Shown piece after piece: positions 1 through 13,766 of a stretch of DNA of 64,000 nt. Location of the stretch: the NCBI RefSeq assembly GCF_009914755.1, contig NC_060947.1; one strand, given 5' to 3'. Every line of letters begins with the position of its first letter. Position 1 is the stretch's first letter. This DNA comes from the human T2T-CHM13v2.0 reference genome, Homo sapiens. Under the pieces are notes generated by a model. That model saw only the letters and a program-made list of their open reading frames with translations. It searched no databases and was not told where the DNA came from. Made by a program: the position numbers and the translations under genes.

Positions 1-59
1 TAGTACGTTTTGAATTGGATAAAATGTGTACGTAATTAAGTATAAACACTGTCAATGAA

Positions 60-505
60 CACACACAATGATATACACAAGACTATATATTACGTATGTA
101 AACACATCTATTGACATGCCCCAAATGCATGATAAATCATCAGACAAACCCAAATTGAGGAAATGTCTTCAATATGACTGATAAGGATGGCAGGGGTGGG
201 GAACAGATAAGCAGAAATTAAGGAAACATGGCAAAATATTTAATACAGTATACTTGAAGAAATCATGGACCAGGAAAAACGCACATGAATTGGGAATTTG
301 AGTAAGGTTTATAGCTTAGTTATTAGTACTACAGCAATGTTTCCTAGTTTGATCATAGTTTTTCCTTACATAAAAACTATTTCTGTAAGATACTTACATT
401 TGTTTAAACAGGTTAAGGGTTCATTGGGAATCTAATGCTACTTTTTTTTTTTTTTTTTTTACCTTTTCTGTAAGTCTCTGTGTAATCCAAATAAAAAGGT
501 GACAA
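60..505 (+). mobile_element. Old L1 3' UTR fragment (L1MC-like)
   Basis: 'aatcatcagacaaacccaaattgagg' and terminal 'cttttctgtaagtct...ccaaataaaaagg' resemble L1MC3/4 3' ends. Confidence 0.55.
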
Positions 506-1399
506 ATAAAAACTTACGTTCTTCTTCACTTATATTTCTTTTCTATATTTTCTTCAGCTTAAGAGTAATTTTCTACAGTTATTTTAACAGAGGAGACAAT
601 AAAAATCAAATTCAAGTAAAGAGTTAAGTGTACACATGAATTGTTAAGACGCCTTTAGAAATTGAATTAACTTAGTAGCTCTTTTATATATGTTGTATTT
701 TTGGTTTTCCATCTCTTTGGAAATAATATTTAATAAATGATTTAAAAATGTATTCATTTTTAAAAGTGCTATCAAAGCAATAAGTATCAATTTTGCTTAT
801 CTCATACAAAGAAAGCATTATTTATAATGAAGAAGGTAATTTTATTCCTGTCTTATACCTAGCACACAGTACTAAATACTACAACATTTAATATCCAAAC
901 ACTGGTTTTAAATAAGCAGTACATTTTTCTTGTTGGATGCTAAATCATGTTATCAGCTCATGTTCAACTTTAGCAATAAATAATTCTTTTTAGTAAAAGT
1001 CTCATTGTGTAGATTTTCCAGATCATATAAATATTTCTTAAGCCACATAAAATTCAGTGCATGAGATTAGGTTCTAAAGCATATCGAATATGTATAAGCC
1101 ATCAACCAACTTTTAAAATAGCTTACTTATTTTAAAAAGAGTTTATACTAGAATCAGACTATTGAAGAATGAAAATACTGCATCACAGAGAGCATATAAT
1201 TGAATTAAATTTGTTTCCTAGATTGTATGATACCCAGTGTAAACGTTATGCTGATCAAGAACAACAGAAATCAATGTTGGATAGTATTATCTTGGGAAGT
1301 ATACTAGAACCATGGAGACATAGATTAGCCTAAAAGGTCAATATAATTCAGACACTATTGAAAAGATATTTAACAACATGTCTGTCCTGTATTAGTGGT

Positions 1400-1562
1400 G
1401 AGCAGGGACTTTGAGGACAGTAAATAGTAAAGTTTCTATTCAATAATTTGTCTTTAGTTACTTGTCCATCCTTGGGCAAGTCGCCTAGCACTTTACAGTC
1501 CACTTCCTCTCCTCTAAATGTGAGGAGTAACTTACAAATATTTTAAGTTCTAATATTTTCTG
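1400..1562 (+). mobile_element. MIR-family SINE relic
   Basis: Core-like 'ccttgggcaagtcgcctagcactttacagtccacttcctctcctctaaatg'. Confidence 0.5.
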
Positions 1563-2834
1563 CTTTTTAAAATAGAATTTATTTTTATAGATATTTTAGG
1601 TTCAAAGAAAGATTGAATAGAAAGTATAAGGAGTTCCCATATACTCTCTGCCCACCTGTACCCCCATATGCACAGTCTCTGTCACTATTGACCTCCCCCA
1701 CCAAAATGGTGTATTTCTTACAATTGATGAACCTACATTGATACATCAGTATTCCAAAAGTCCATAGTTAACATCAGGTTCAGTCTTAGTGTTGTATATT
1801 ATATGGGTTTTGGCAAATGTATAATACAGGTGTCTACCATTTTAGTATCATACAGAATATTTTCACTGCCCTAATATTCTGTTCATTTCTTCCTCCCAAC
1901 CCCTAGCAACCACTGATCTTTTTACTGCCTTTATAGTTTTGCCTTTTCCAGAATGTCATAAAGTTGAAATCATACAAGGGGTAGCCTTTTCAGATTTAGT
2001 TGATTCACTTAGTAATACGTATTTAAGGTTCCTTCATGTCTTTTTATGACTTGATAGCTCATTTCTTTTTAGCTCTGAATAATATTCCTTTGTCTGGATG
2101 TAGCAAGGTTTATCTATCTATTCACCTGCCAAAATATATCTTGGTTGCCTTCAAGTTTTGATGATCATGAAAAAGTCTGCTATAAACATCCTTGTCCAGG
2201 TTCTTACGTGGACATAAGAATTTTTTTCTTTTGGATAAATGTCAAGGAATGTAATTCTGGGTTATTAAAAATATATTTAGCTTTGTAAAAAAAAATCCAA
2301 ATTATCTTTCAGAACGACTGTACTATTTTGCATTCCCACCTGGAATGCGAGTTTCTGTTGCTCCACATCTTTGCCAGAATGTGGTGTTGTCAGTATTTTT
2401 TGTTTTGGACATCCCTTTAGTTCAAACGGTACCTCGTTGTGTGTAGTGGTATCTTATTGTTTTATATTGCAATTCCCTAATAAATGGATATTGAGCATTT
2501 GTATACACTTATTTGCCATCTGTATGTCTTCTTCTGTTAAATGCCTATACATCTTTTGCCCATTTTTTAATCAAGTTGTTTGTTTGCTTATTGTTGAGTT
2601 TCAAGTTTTCTTTGTGTATTTTGGATAGCAGTCCTTTATCAGATGTGTCTATTGCAAATAGTTTCTTCCAGTCTTTGGCTTGTCTTTGCATTTTCTTGAT
2701 GGTGTTTTTCACAGAGCAGTGTTTTTGTTTTCTTTTTTTTTTTAATGTTGATGTAGTTCCACTTATCAATTATTTCTTTCATGGATCATGCCTTTGGTGT
2801 TGTATCTAAAAATTCATGGTCAAAACCAAGGTCA
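1563..2834 (-). mobile_element. L1MC1-like LINE, 3' UTR plus end of ORF2
   Basis: L1MC1-type 3' end in reverse; minus ORF 2545-2769 (KDWKKLFAIDTSDKGLLSKIHKE...KKWAKD) matches the L1 ORF2p C-terminal region. Confidence 0.85.
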
Positions 2835-2950
2835 GGCCGGGTGTGGTGGCTCCCTTCTGTAATCCAAGCATTTGGAGGGCCTCAGGCAGGAGGATCATTT
2901 GAGCTCAGGAGTTTGAGACCATCCTGGACAACATAAGTAGACACCCCCAT
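2835..2950 (+). mobile_element. Alu left monomer (FLAM/AluJ-like), truncated
   Basis: 'ggccgggtgtggtggctc...ggaggatcatttgagctcaggagtttgagacc'; no A-tail or right arm. Confidence 0.85.
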
Positions 2951-2952
2951 GT

Positions 2953-3041
2953 AGTTCTGCATGGCTAGGGAGGCCTCAGGAAACTTCCAATCATGGCAGA
3001 AGGCAAAGGGGAAGCAAGCACCTTTCTCATAAGGCAGCAAG
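2953..3041 (-). mobile_element. THE1D/MST-type MaLR LTR fragment
   Basis: 'agttctgcatggctagggaggcctcaggaaacttccaatcatggcagaaggcaaaggggaagcaagcac' resembles the THE1/MST LTRs elsewhere in the window. Confidence 0.8.
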
Positions 3042-5130
3042 CCAAATCACATTTTCAATTAATCCAGATACATTCTTAAAATTTAAAGACATGGGTCATA
3101 AAAGGGGAGAAAATATTTAGAATACATGTAAGAGAATATTTTTCTTTTGCAGATATATTTTATGATCATAATAGACTTTTTTAGTATTAAAATAGTAGAA
3201 ACATTTCATATTCATGACATAACTTTTTTGGAGGTAAACAATATTTTGTTGAAGGTAGTACATTTATATAACTACTTTTGAAATTGAGACAGAATACACA
3301 TAACATAAAATTTACCATCTTAACCATCTTTAGTGTTCAGTATTTTCAATTACAGTATGTTCATATTGTGTGAACAATCTCAAAAAAATTATATTGCAAA
3401 ACTGAATCTCTGTACCCATTTAAGAGCAAATATCAAATTCCTCTTCCCCCAGCTACTATCAACCCCCATTGTATCTTCTGTTTCTATGAATTAGACTACT
3501 CTTGATACTTTATATAAGTGTAATCATACAGTAGATGTCTTTTTGTGACTGGCTTATTTCATTTAGAATAATGCACTCAAGGTTCATTCATGTTGCAGAG
3601 TGAGTCAAAATTTCCCTCTCTTTAAATGCTGAATAAAATTCCATTATATAGATATACCCCATTTGCTTATCCATTCGTCAATGGACACTTGATAATTCCC
3701 ATCATTTGTCTATTACAAGTAATGCTGCTATGCATATGAATCTGTCCATATCTCTTTGAGACCCTGTATTCAATTATTTTGAACACATACCAAGAAATGG
3801 AATTGCTAAATTATATGGTAATTTCAATTTTAATTAATTGAGAAACCACCATATTGTTCTTCACAGTCCTGCACCATTTTACATTCCAACCAACAGGGCA
3901 CAAGATTTCCAATTTTGCCACACCCTCACCAATACTTGCTATTTACTTTTTTGTTTATTTTGATATACACATTTTGATGGGTGTGTGTGTATGATATCTC
4001 ATTGATGTTTTGATTTGCAGTTTTAAATTATTATTGATGTTGAGCATCTTTTCATGTGCTTGCTAGCCATTCATATGTCTTTTTTGAAGAAATGTCTTTT
4101 CAGATACTTTACCTTTAAAAATATTGCATGATATTTTCTTGTTGAGTTGTAAGAATTCTTTATAAATTCTAGATTTTAACCCCTTAGCAGATAAATGATT
4201 TACAAATATACTCTGTCATCTTATATGTTGCTTTGTCACTCAATTGTGTCTTTTCATGAACTAAAGCTTTTATTTTTCATCTAGTCCAATTTACCTATTC
4301 TCACTTTTGTTGCTGGTGCATTTGGTGTCTTATTCAAGAAATCATTGCCAAATCCAACATCATGAAGTTTTTTCTTGTATTTTATTCTAACACTTTTATT
4401 ATTTTAGTTCTTATGTTTAGGTATTTGATCTATTTGAGTTTATTTTTATATATTGTTTGAAGTAAGGATTCAACTTTATTATTTTGTATGTGGACATCCA
4501 GTTTTCCCAACTCCATTTGGTGAAGACTGTCCTTTCCCTATTGAGTGGATTTGGCATCTTTGTAAAAATTATTCGAACACATATGCAAGGATTTATTTTT
4601 ATGATTTATATGCTTTTTCATTAGGCTATATATGTCTTTATGCCAGCACCACACTCTTAATTACTGTGCCCTTGTAATAAGTTTTGAAATCAGAAAGTGT
4701 GACACCTTCAACTTTGTTATTTATCATGAGTGTTTTGGCTATTCAGGGACCGTTGACATTTCATATGGATTTTAGGATAAATTTGTCTATATCTTCAAAT
4801 AATGCCATTGGAATTTTGATATGAATTGCATTACACCCGTAGATAGTTTTGTCAGTATTTTCATTTTAATAATATTAAGTCTTTCAACCTATGAACAAAG
4901 AATATCTTTCCATTTTTTGTGTCTTCATTTTTTCAGACAGGTTTTGTAGTCTTCAGTGTACAAGTATTTCATCTACATGGATAATTTATTCTTAAGTATT
5001 CTATTATGTCTATGCAATTTTACATCATTGTTTCTTAATTTTATTTTCAATTGTCCATTGTTTATGGTAATGCAATTTATTTTTGCTCATTGATTTTGTA
5101 TCTTACAATGTCACTGAATGTGTTTAATTG

Positions 5131-5161
5131 GGGTGTGTGTGTGTATGTGTGTGTGTGTGTG
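5131..5161. repeat. (TG)n microsatellite
   Basis: Direct reading. Confidence 0.95.
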
Positions 5162-5383
5162 AAGTTTTTCAGGTTTCTTAAATACAGGATAATATCATTT
5201 GCAAACAAATATTTTTAATTCTTTCTTTCTTTCTAATTTGGATGTTGTTTATTTCTTCTCTTTTGTAATTGTTCTGGCTAAGTCTTCCAGTACTATCTTG
5301 AAGTGACAAAGGAGGGCATTTTTATTTTGTTTTTGTTTTTAAAGGAAAAGTCTTTCACTATTGGCTAAAAGGCTAGCTGAGGA

Positions 5384-5744
<361 letters not shown>

Positions 5745-5953
5745 TTAAGTTGTTTTCATTATGAGAGGTTGGTGAATTTTATCAATATTTTCTGCAACAA
5801 TTGAGATGATCATGACCTTTTTCATCATTTTGTTAATGTAGTGTAATACATTTATTAATTTTTACATGTTGAACAACCTTGCATACCAGGGTAATTCCCA
5901 CTTGGTCATGATGTACAATATTTTTAATGAACTGTTGAATTCTATTTATAGTA

Positions 5954-6308
5954 CACATGCTCCTAGACTAATGATGAAGTTACTTTCTGATAAACTCATC
6001 ATAAGTTGAAAATATTGTAAGTCAAATACATTCAACCTACCAGACAAAATAGTTTAACTTAGCCCACCTTAGACGTGCTCAAATCACTTACATTAGCCTT
6101 CAGTTGAGCAAAATCATCTAACACAAATCCTATTTTATAATAAAGTGTTGAATATCTCACATAATTTATTGTATAGTATCCTGAAAGTGAAAAACAGAAT
6201 GATTATATGGGCACTTGAAGTATAGTTTTTACTGAATGTCTATAACTTTCACACTATCATAAAGTGAAAAAATCATAAATTGAACCATCGTAAGTCAGGG
6301 ACTGTCTG
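5954..6308 (+). mobile_element. MER47A-like non-autonomous TcMar-Tigger DNA transposon
   Basis: TA duplication at 5952-53 and 6309-10; imperfect TIRs cacatgctcctagactaatgatg / catcgtaagtcagggactgtctg; ~355 bp. Confidence 0.85.
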
Positions 6309-7164
6309 TATCATGTATGTGCTTGCATCAATATTCATCATGAACAGTGGTCTGTATTTTTTTATGTAGTGTCTGTGTCTGGCTTTGTTATCAGGGTAAT
6401 GCTGACCTCCTAGAATGAGATTGAATATATTCTTTCTTTTCTATTTTTTTGTAAAAGTTTGAGGTACATTGGTGTTTATTATTTTTTAAATGTGTGAGAA
6501 ATTTACCACTGAAGCCATTGGCTCTGAGTTTTTCTTTTTTGAGAGGTATTTGATTAGTAAATCTCCTTACTAGTTATAAGTCTGTTCAGACTCTATTTCT
6601 TCATGATTTAGTTTAAGTGGTTTGTTGTGTTTCTGGGAACTTATTAATTTAATCTAGGTTATAAAATTTGTTGGTGTACCAGCATTCATAGTATTCTCTT
6701 GTAAATTTTTATTTCTATAAAATTGTGTGATTCCTTTTTCATATCTGATTTTAGTTATTTCAGTATTCTCTCTCTCTTCTGATAATCCACCTACGGTTTT
6801 GTTAATTTTGTTCATTTTTTCAAAAATCCAACTCTTGGTTTTATTTACTTTTTCTATGATTTTGGATTATTATTTTTGGTAAGCAGAATAAGCTTAAAAA
6901 TCAATACAAATAGAAAAAAACTACCCAGTAGAGTAATAGTCAAATATAAGAACAAGAAATTCATATCAGAGGAAATCTAAATAGAGAACATACAAAATAA
7001 TTTAAAGTAGCTATAAGAGAAGTGCAAATTAAAATTGCACTTAGAGTTATACTTTTTTCCCTGTCATTCTACTCCCAAACAATTAAGCTATGAAGGCATT
7101 TCATAGGACAGCAAGGTAGTGGTTGCAGTAGGTGGAGTGCAGTGGAAAGTCATGATGTCTCAGA

Positions 7165-7645
7165 GTAGAGTATCAGAGAATGATTAAGACAAGAAGGACA
7201 TCCATGTGATGTTGAGGGTGGGGATGAGGCCATCATAGAAATCCAGAACCTGAATGGAGTCAGGAGCACCTCCATGCACAGGGGAAACTAATGTCGGGTA
7301 TCAGAGCCAAAGCAGGGTTAGAAGGGAGTCCATGCTGATTAAAAACTAAGGATCAGATCCTTAGTGGATTATAGGCAGTATTATGTAGGAAGTATCTCCT
7401 GGCATAGTAGTTTAGACTCCAAGAAGGATAAGGAAAATGTCCACGTGGGAAGTGTGTGTTAGATGGAGTGTTAGAGCCTGAGCTGAGTGAGTAACTTATA
7501 CATTCAAGGAAGGTACCAGGCATGGGGAGTCAGAGCTCAAATTAAGGTGAGGAAGACTTCCATGCAATCTCAAGCGAGAATAAAATAGATCCATAAGATA
7601 AAATCTTAGAGTCTGAGTGCAGTAAGGAGGATAAATTCACAGCGG
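7165..7645 (+). repeat. Degenerate ~58-bp tandem array (probably from an old L1MC 3' UTR)
   Basis: Motif (t/c)(c/t)aga-..-ag(c)agggtgaggaggg..tccatg recurs at 7173, 7243, 7301, 7353, 7412, 7471, 7530, 7606. Confidence 0.65.
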
Positions 7646-8092
7646 TAGGTTAAATTTTTACCTAGTCATTCGTATATGAATTAAAATCTAGTTCTATTTA
7701 ATCATCTCCTATGTCAAATAGTGTTATGAGGAACACTGGACAAGAAAAATGATGTTGAACAAATATTTGTCAGCTAGATTTTCTCTAAAAACTTTTATTA
7801 GATTTTTTTAAAAGCCTGTCTTATTTTATAAAGGATAAATTAAAAGCTATTAGCATGTCAAAATTCTTAACATGGCATACAATTCCATATTTATTTCAAG
7901 TTCAATTCCAAGTTATTTTAAATTTAATTCCAAAATAAATTTCATAATTCTTTTAAATTCCAGTCTTGCATTCTATTTTTTTCCTAGACACAGTTGGCTC
8001 TAGCCCCACTGAATTTCTCAGGTATTTCTTTAATATTCTCTCTGACTCTGTTTTCTCTATCCCTCTGTCTGCTTTGTTGATAGTCATTCTTT

Positions 8093-8147
8093 AAGATCTA
8101 GTATTATAAGTACATTTCTTCAAGATCTAGTATTATAAGTACATTTC
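8093..8147. repeat. Tandem duplication, 29-bp period
   Basis: aagatctagtattataagtacatttc at 8093-8118 and 8122-8147. Confidence 0.95.
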
Positions 8148-8373
8148 CTTTAATATTACAGGAAGATTAATTGTTCAGTATGACACTTTATTTTCTGCAT
8201 TATTCCCTCCCTATTTCATTATGCTCTTGCTTACCTCATACCAGTGCCATTTTTACTCTGTGTCCATTTAGTTGTAAACTCCTTCCCATGATAGAAAGTC
8301 ACTTAATCTACCCAAACCAACCATATCAAAATATTTTTGCCACTTTTTTCTGCATTATTGTTCTTCCAATTAA

Positions 8374-8414
8374 ATCACCATCACCACCACCACCACCACC
8401 ATCATCATCATCAT
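8374..8414. repeat. (CAC)n/(CAT)n trinucleotide microsatellite
   Basis: Direct reading. Confidence 0.9.
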
Positions 8415-10602
8415 TCAAGAAAATATTTAAAATCACAATTTTTCTAAAACCCCTCTAAGGTAATATTTTAGCCTGATGTTGGAAGATCTATTTTATATCC
8501 AGGAATTAATTCACCATTGCAGATCATCTACTTTATCTAACATAATCTCATCTATGCACATAGTACTGAAACCTGGTTGAAGAAATGAAATGTAATAATT
8601 CAGCTTTATAATAACAGATGTTTAGCATTTATAATACAAAGTGTAGAGAAATTTGTGAAATTTGTCATTTCATATTTACAAGATTTAATAACCTACTGAT
8701 ATTTTATACGTTATATAATTATTTTACATCTATTTTCTGGTTCAAACTAGTAAAGTCGAAAAGTAAAGTAAAACAATTTATCATGATAAAAATCTGGCTA
8801 AAAATTCCAATAGTTTATTAGGCTTTGTGAGTCATCCAAAAATGTTTTTAAAATAGTAATATGATTATAGAATAATATTGAAGTAATTTGGAATTAAATA
8901 TGAATGAATTAATTATCATTTCAAGTGAACACACTAATAGTTATCAAAACAATTTAATGCTTTGTTTTTAATGGTTCAAAGAATCCATTCCATCAGTTAT
9001 CAAGAAATGTTAGAATGCTTTTATGTGTGAAATGTAATACTTTGATCACGGCATAATATTCCTACATAAAAAGGGAAAATAAATTTTGAAAAACAACCTT
9101 CCACATAAATAAATTGATTATCATTAGAAACACATCTCTCAATCTTACTTGACTATTCTTGAATAGAGAATGTTTCCTTTCTTTATTGCTGCATAACAAA
9201 ATATCTCAAAACTTAGTGTTTAAAATATAAATAATTTTTTCTCACGATTTTCTAGGTTCCTTAGCATCATCTGGGCATTTGTCTGCCACCTGTTTTCAGC
9301 TGAAGCTTCATTACCTTTCAGCTGAGTAGAGCTTGGGATGTGTAAGTTAGTTTCATGCACCCATTTTGGGTCTCAACAAGACTAGTTGAAACAGTCAGCA
9401 GCAGACTGGCCCCCTGTTTCTCCAAGTAGTCTTTCATCATTTAGTAGTCTGACTTGAGCTTTTTAAAGTGGTGTTCCTATATCAAGGAACAGAAAGAAGA
9501 AGTTACAAAACCTTTCATAAGGTGAGGGTTTTGAACTCTCATATAATTGTTATAACATTTTATTAACCAAAGAAAGCCATTAACACCAGCCAAGGCTTTT
9601 TTAAAAAGTAGAAAACTCACCTCTTGAGAGAGAAAGGACAAGAATGTACAAACATAAGAAAAATTGCTAGTAACAGTTTCGGAAAAAATCTGCTATGGTT
9701 CATATGTTTGTTGCTGCTGAACCTGTTAAAATTTTATCCCTATTGTTGGAGGTGGGGCCTAATGGGAGGTGTTTGGTCATGGTGGTGGATTTTTTGTAAA
9801 CAGATTAATACCCTACATTGAGGGTGAATGAGTTCTCACTCTATTATTCCCCAGGATAGCTGGTTGTTAAAAAAAAAAGCCTGGCAAGTTCACACCATTG
9901 CATCCATTCTTGCCATGTGATCTCTGTACACACTGGCTCTGCTTCACTTTGTGCCATGAGTGGAAGCAGCCTGAGACCCTCTCAAGTTGCAAATGTTCAA
10001 TCTTGCACTTTCCAGCCATTGAGCATAGTGATCCAAAAACGAACAAACAAACAAACAACAACAACAAAAAAACCCATTTTCTTTATAAATTACCCAACTC
10101 AGGTATTTCTTTCTAGCAACACATGACAAACTTAAACAGAAAATTCATACTGGGAACAGAGAATTGCTGTAAACATACCTGAAAATGTGGAAGTGGGTTT
10201 GGAACTGGGTAATGAGCAGGGATTGGAAGAGTTTAAATAGAAAAAGATAGACAAGGGGAAATTTGGAGCTTCATAGAGATTGTTTAAGTGGTTGTGACAA
10301 AAATGCTGATTGAAATATAGACAGTAATGGTTATGTTGCCCAGGACTCAGATGGAAATGTATTTATTGGGAACTAGAACGAAGGTCACCCACGTAATACC
10401 ATAGCAAAGAACTTGGCTGCATTGTGTCAATAGGCTTTGTGGAAGGATGAACTTAATAGTGGTGATCTAGGTGGAAAAAATTTCAAAGCAATAAAGTGCT
10501 CAAAAAGTGGTGTGTTTACATTTAACAGCTTCTGCTGAATTATGGCAGCAACGAAATGGTCTAAAGGTGGAATTTACCATTAAAAGGAGAGAGAAGCAGA
10601 GT

Positions 10603-10610
10603 AAGATGGC
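10603..10610 (+). promoter_or_regulatory. YY1-type motif at the L1 5' end
   Basis: AAGATGGC at the position expected for the L1 internal-promoter YY1 site; activity untested. Confidence 0.5.
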
Positions 10611-10772
10611 TGAATAGAAGGCTCCACTAATTTACTGATCATTACCTCCCTCAGTAAAATCAATTTTTACAACTATCAACACAAAAAAGTACCTTCTTAA
10701 GAACCAAAAATAAGGTAAGAACTCACAGTCCCTGGTTTTAACTTCCTATTGCTGAATGAGGCACTGAATAGG

Positions 10773-11175
10773 TGTATTAGTCCATTCTCACACTGCTATA
10801 AAGAAATACCTGAGACTGGGTAATTTATAAAGAGGCTCATAGATTCATGGTTACACAGGCTATACAGAAAGCATAGTGGCTTCTGCTTCTGGGGGTGCCT
10901 TGGGGAGCTTTTACTCATGGCAGAAGGCAAAGCAGGAGCAGGTAAGTCTCACATGGTAGGAGCAGGAGCAAGAGAGAGAGGGAGGAGGTGCTACACACTT
11001 GTAAACAACCAGATCTCATGAGCACTCACTATATATTACCAAGGGTAGATGGTGCTAAACCATTCATGAGAAACTGCCACCATGATCCAATTAACTCCCA
11101 CCATGCCCCACCTCTAACACTGGGGATTACAATTTGACTTGATATTTGGTGAGGACACAGATCCAAACCATATTA
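10773..11175 (-). mobile_element. MSTA-like solo LTR inserted in the L1 5' UTR
   Basis: tgtattagtcc...ccaaaccatatta; 5-bp TSD atagg/acagg; the empty site 'gcactgaacagggtagg' is seen in the related L1 at ~53152. Confidence 0.92.
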
Positions 11176-13251
11176 ACAGGGTAGGAAAGACAGTCTTTGA
11201 TTGCTGATGCCATGCTTTGCCCATTCCCTGACAGCAGTTGGTCAGTGCATAGAGATAATGTACAGCTAAGGAGAAGGAGAGTACAGCGATTGTGAGACTT
11301 CGCATAGAAATCAGTGCTGCCCTGTCACAGCAGAGAGCAAAACCACGCTGAACTCAGCTAACACCCACTCATGAAGGGAGCATTTACATGAGCCCTAACC
11401 AGAGGAGACTCTCCCATCCCAGTGGCAGATCTTGAGTTTTGGCAAACCTTGCTACTGCAGACTAAAGTTCACTGGGGCTCTAAATAAACTTGAAAGGCAG
11501 TCTAGGCCACAATGAGTTAAATTCCTAGGTGAATCCCAGTGCTGAACTGGGCTCAGAACCAGTGGACTTGGGGAACACATGACCTACTGAGACACCAGCC
11601 TGGGCAACTAGGGAGTGCTTGTGCTGCTCCTCCCCCAATCCCAGACAGCACAGCTTGCAGTTCCAAAAGAGACCCTTTCATTCCACTTGAGAGGAGAGGT
11701 AAGAGTAAAGAGGACTTGGTCTTGCATCTTGGATATCAGCTCAGCCACAGTAGGATAGGGCTCCAATCAGAGCTGTGAAGCCCTTATTCCAGCCCTCACT
11801 TCTGGATGGCATGTCATGGACACATCATGGACCAGAGAGGACCCTGCTGCCCTAAAGGGAAGGATGCAGTTCTGGCAGAATACATCACCTGATGACTAAA
11901 CAGACCTTGGGCCCTGAATAACCAGCAGTCATACTCAGGTAGTAGGCCATAGGTCTTGGGTGAGATTTTGAGATGTGCTGCCTTCAGGTGAGACCCAGCA
12001 TATTCCCAACTGTGGTGACTATAATGAGACTCATTCTGCTTGAGAAAAGCAAAGGGAAAAGTAAAGGGGACTTTGTTTTGCACTTTAGGTACCAGGTATG
12101 CCACAGAGAGGTATCAAGTCCAACATCAAGTGGACTGTTGGAGTCCCCAGTTCCAGGATTTGGCTATTGGATGGCATTTCTGCACCTTCTGTGGGCAAGA
12201 GGGGAGCCCACTTCCCTGAAGGGCAAGTCCCACGTCTGGCAGCATTCACTACAAGCTGATTGAAGAGTTCTTGGGCCTTAAGTGAGCATCGGTGGTATCC
12301 TGGCAGTATTCCCTCTGGGCCTGTTGTGTTGGTGGAAATGGGATGAGAATCTACTGCCTGTAGAAAGGGGAGAGGACAGTGGGAAAAAAAACTGCATCCT
12401 TTGGTTTGAGCACCAGCTCAGCCACACTTCAACAGAACACCAGGTAGCTTTCTAAGCTTTTTGACTCTAGTCCTTGGGTCATGGATGATACCTCTGGACC
12501 TGGACAAGGCCTGGGGAAACTTGGTGTCTTGAAGGGAAGGACACAAACCTGGCTGGCTTCACGCTCTGCTAATCATAGAGCCCTAGATCCTTGAGTGAAC
12601 ATAAGCAATAGTCAGGTAGTGGTTACAGTGGGCTTTGGGTGAGACCCAGTGCTGTGCTGGCTTCAGGTATGACCCAGCACAATTACAGTGCTGGTGGCCA
12701 CTGGGGTGCTTGTGTCACAACAACTGTAGCTCCTGGTAGTTCAGAATGGACAGAGAGACTTCATTTATTGAGGATAAGGAAAGGGAAGAAAACAAGTGTC
12801 TCTGCCTTGTGGTCTAGAGAATTCTTCCAGAACTTATCGAAGGCAACAAGGTGGTACCTCTACAAGTGTGCAAGAACCACAGTGTTCTTGGGCTTGGAGT
12901 GCCCTCTATTGCAGATATGGCTTACATCAAAATCCTCAGTATATATATATATATCTGGAAAGCTTTTTCAAAATGGATGGGCACAAACAAGCCCAGAATG
13001 TGAAGATTTCAATAAATACCAAACTCTTCCATGCCCAGACATGGGTGGACATCCACAAACATTAAGAGGATTAATGAAAACATGACCTCACCAAGCAAAC
13101 TAAATAGGGCAACATGGACCAATCATGGAAAAACAGTGATATGTGACCTTTCAAAATAGCTGTTTTAAGGAAACTCAAGATAACCTAAGGAAGGAATTAA
13201 GAATTCTAACAGATAAATTTAACAAAGAGACTGAAATAGTAAAAAATAATC

Positions 13252-13601
<350 letters not shown>

Positions 13602-13766
13602 TCACAGTCTTATAATAGCAGAATTCATCAAGCATAAGAAATAATTATAGTGAGTTTGAAGACAGGCTATTTGAAAATAAAGTAGACAAAAGAGGGAAGA
13701 ATAAAAAAGAATGAAGCATGCATACAAAATCCAGAAAATAGCCTCAAACAGGAACATCTAAAAGTT

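Noticed and set aside
7165-7645. CRISPR-like repeat-spacer array
   Set aside because: Primate DNA, highly degenerate repeats, related 'spacers' and no cas genes
8171-8458. ORF with poly-Pro/poly-Ser tract
   Set aside because: The tract comes from a CAC/CAT microsatellite; TTG start and no other support
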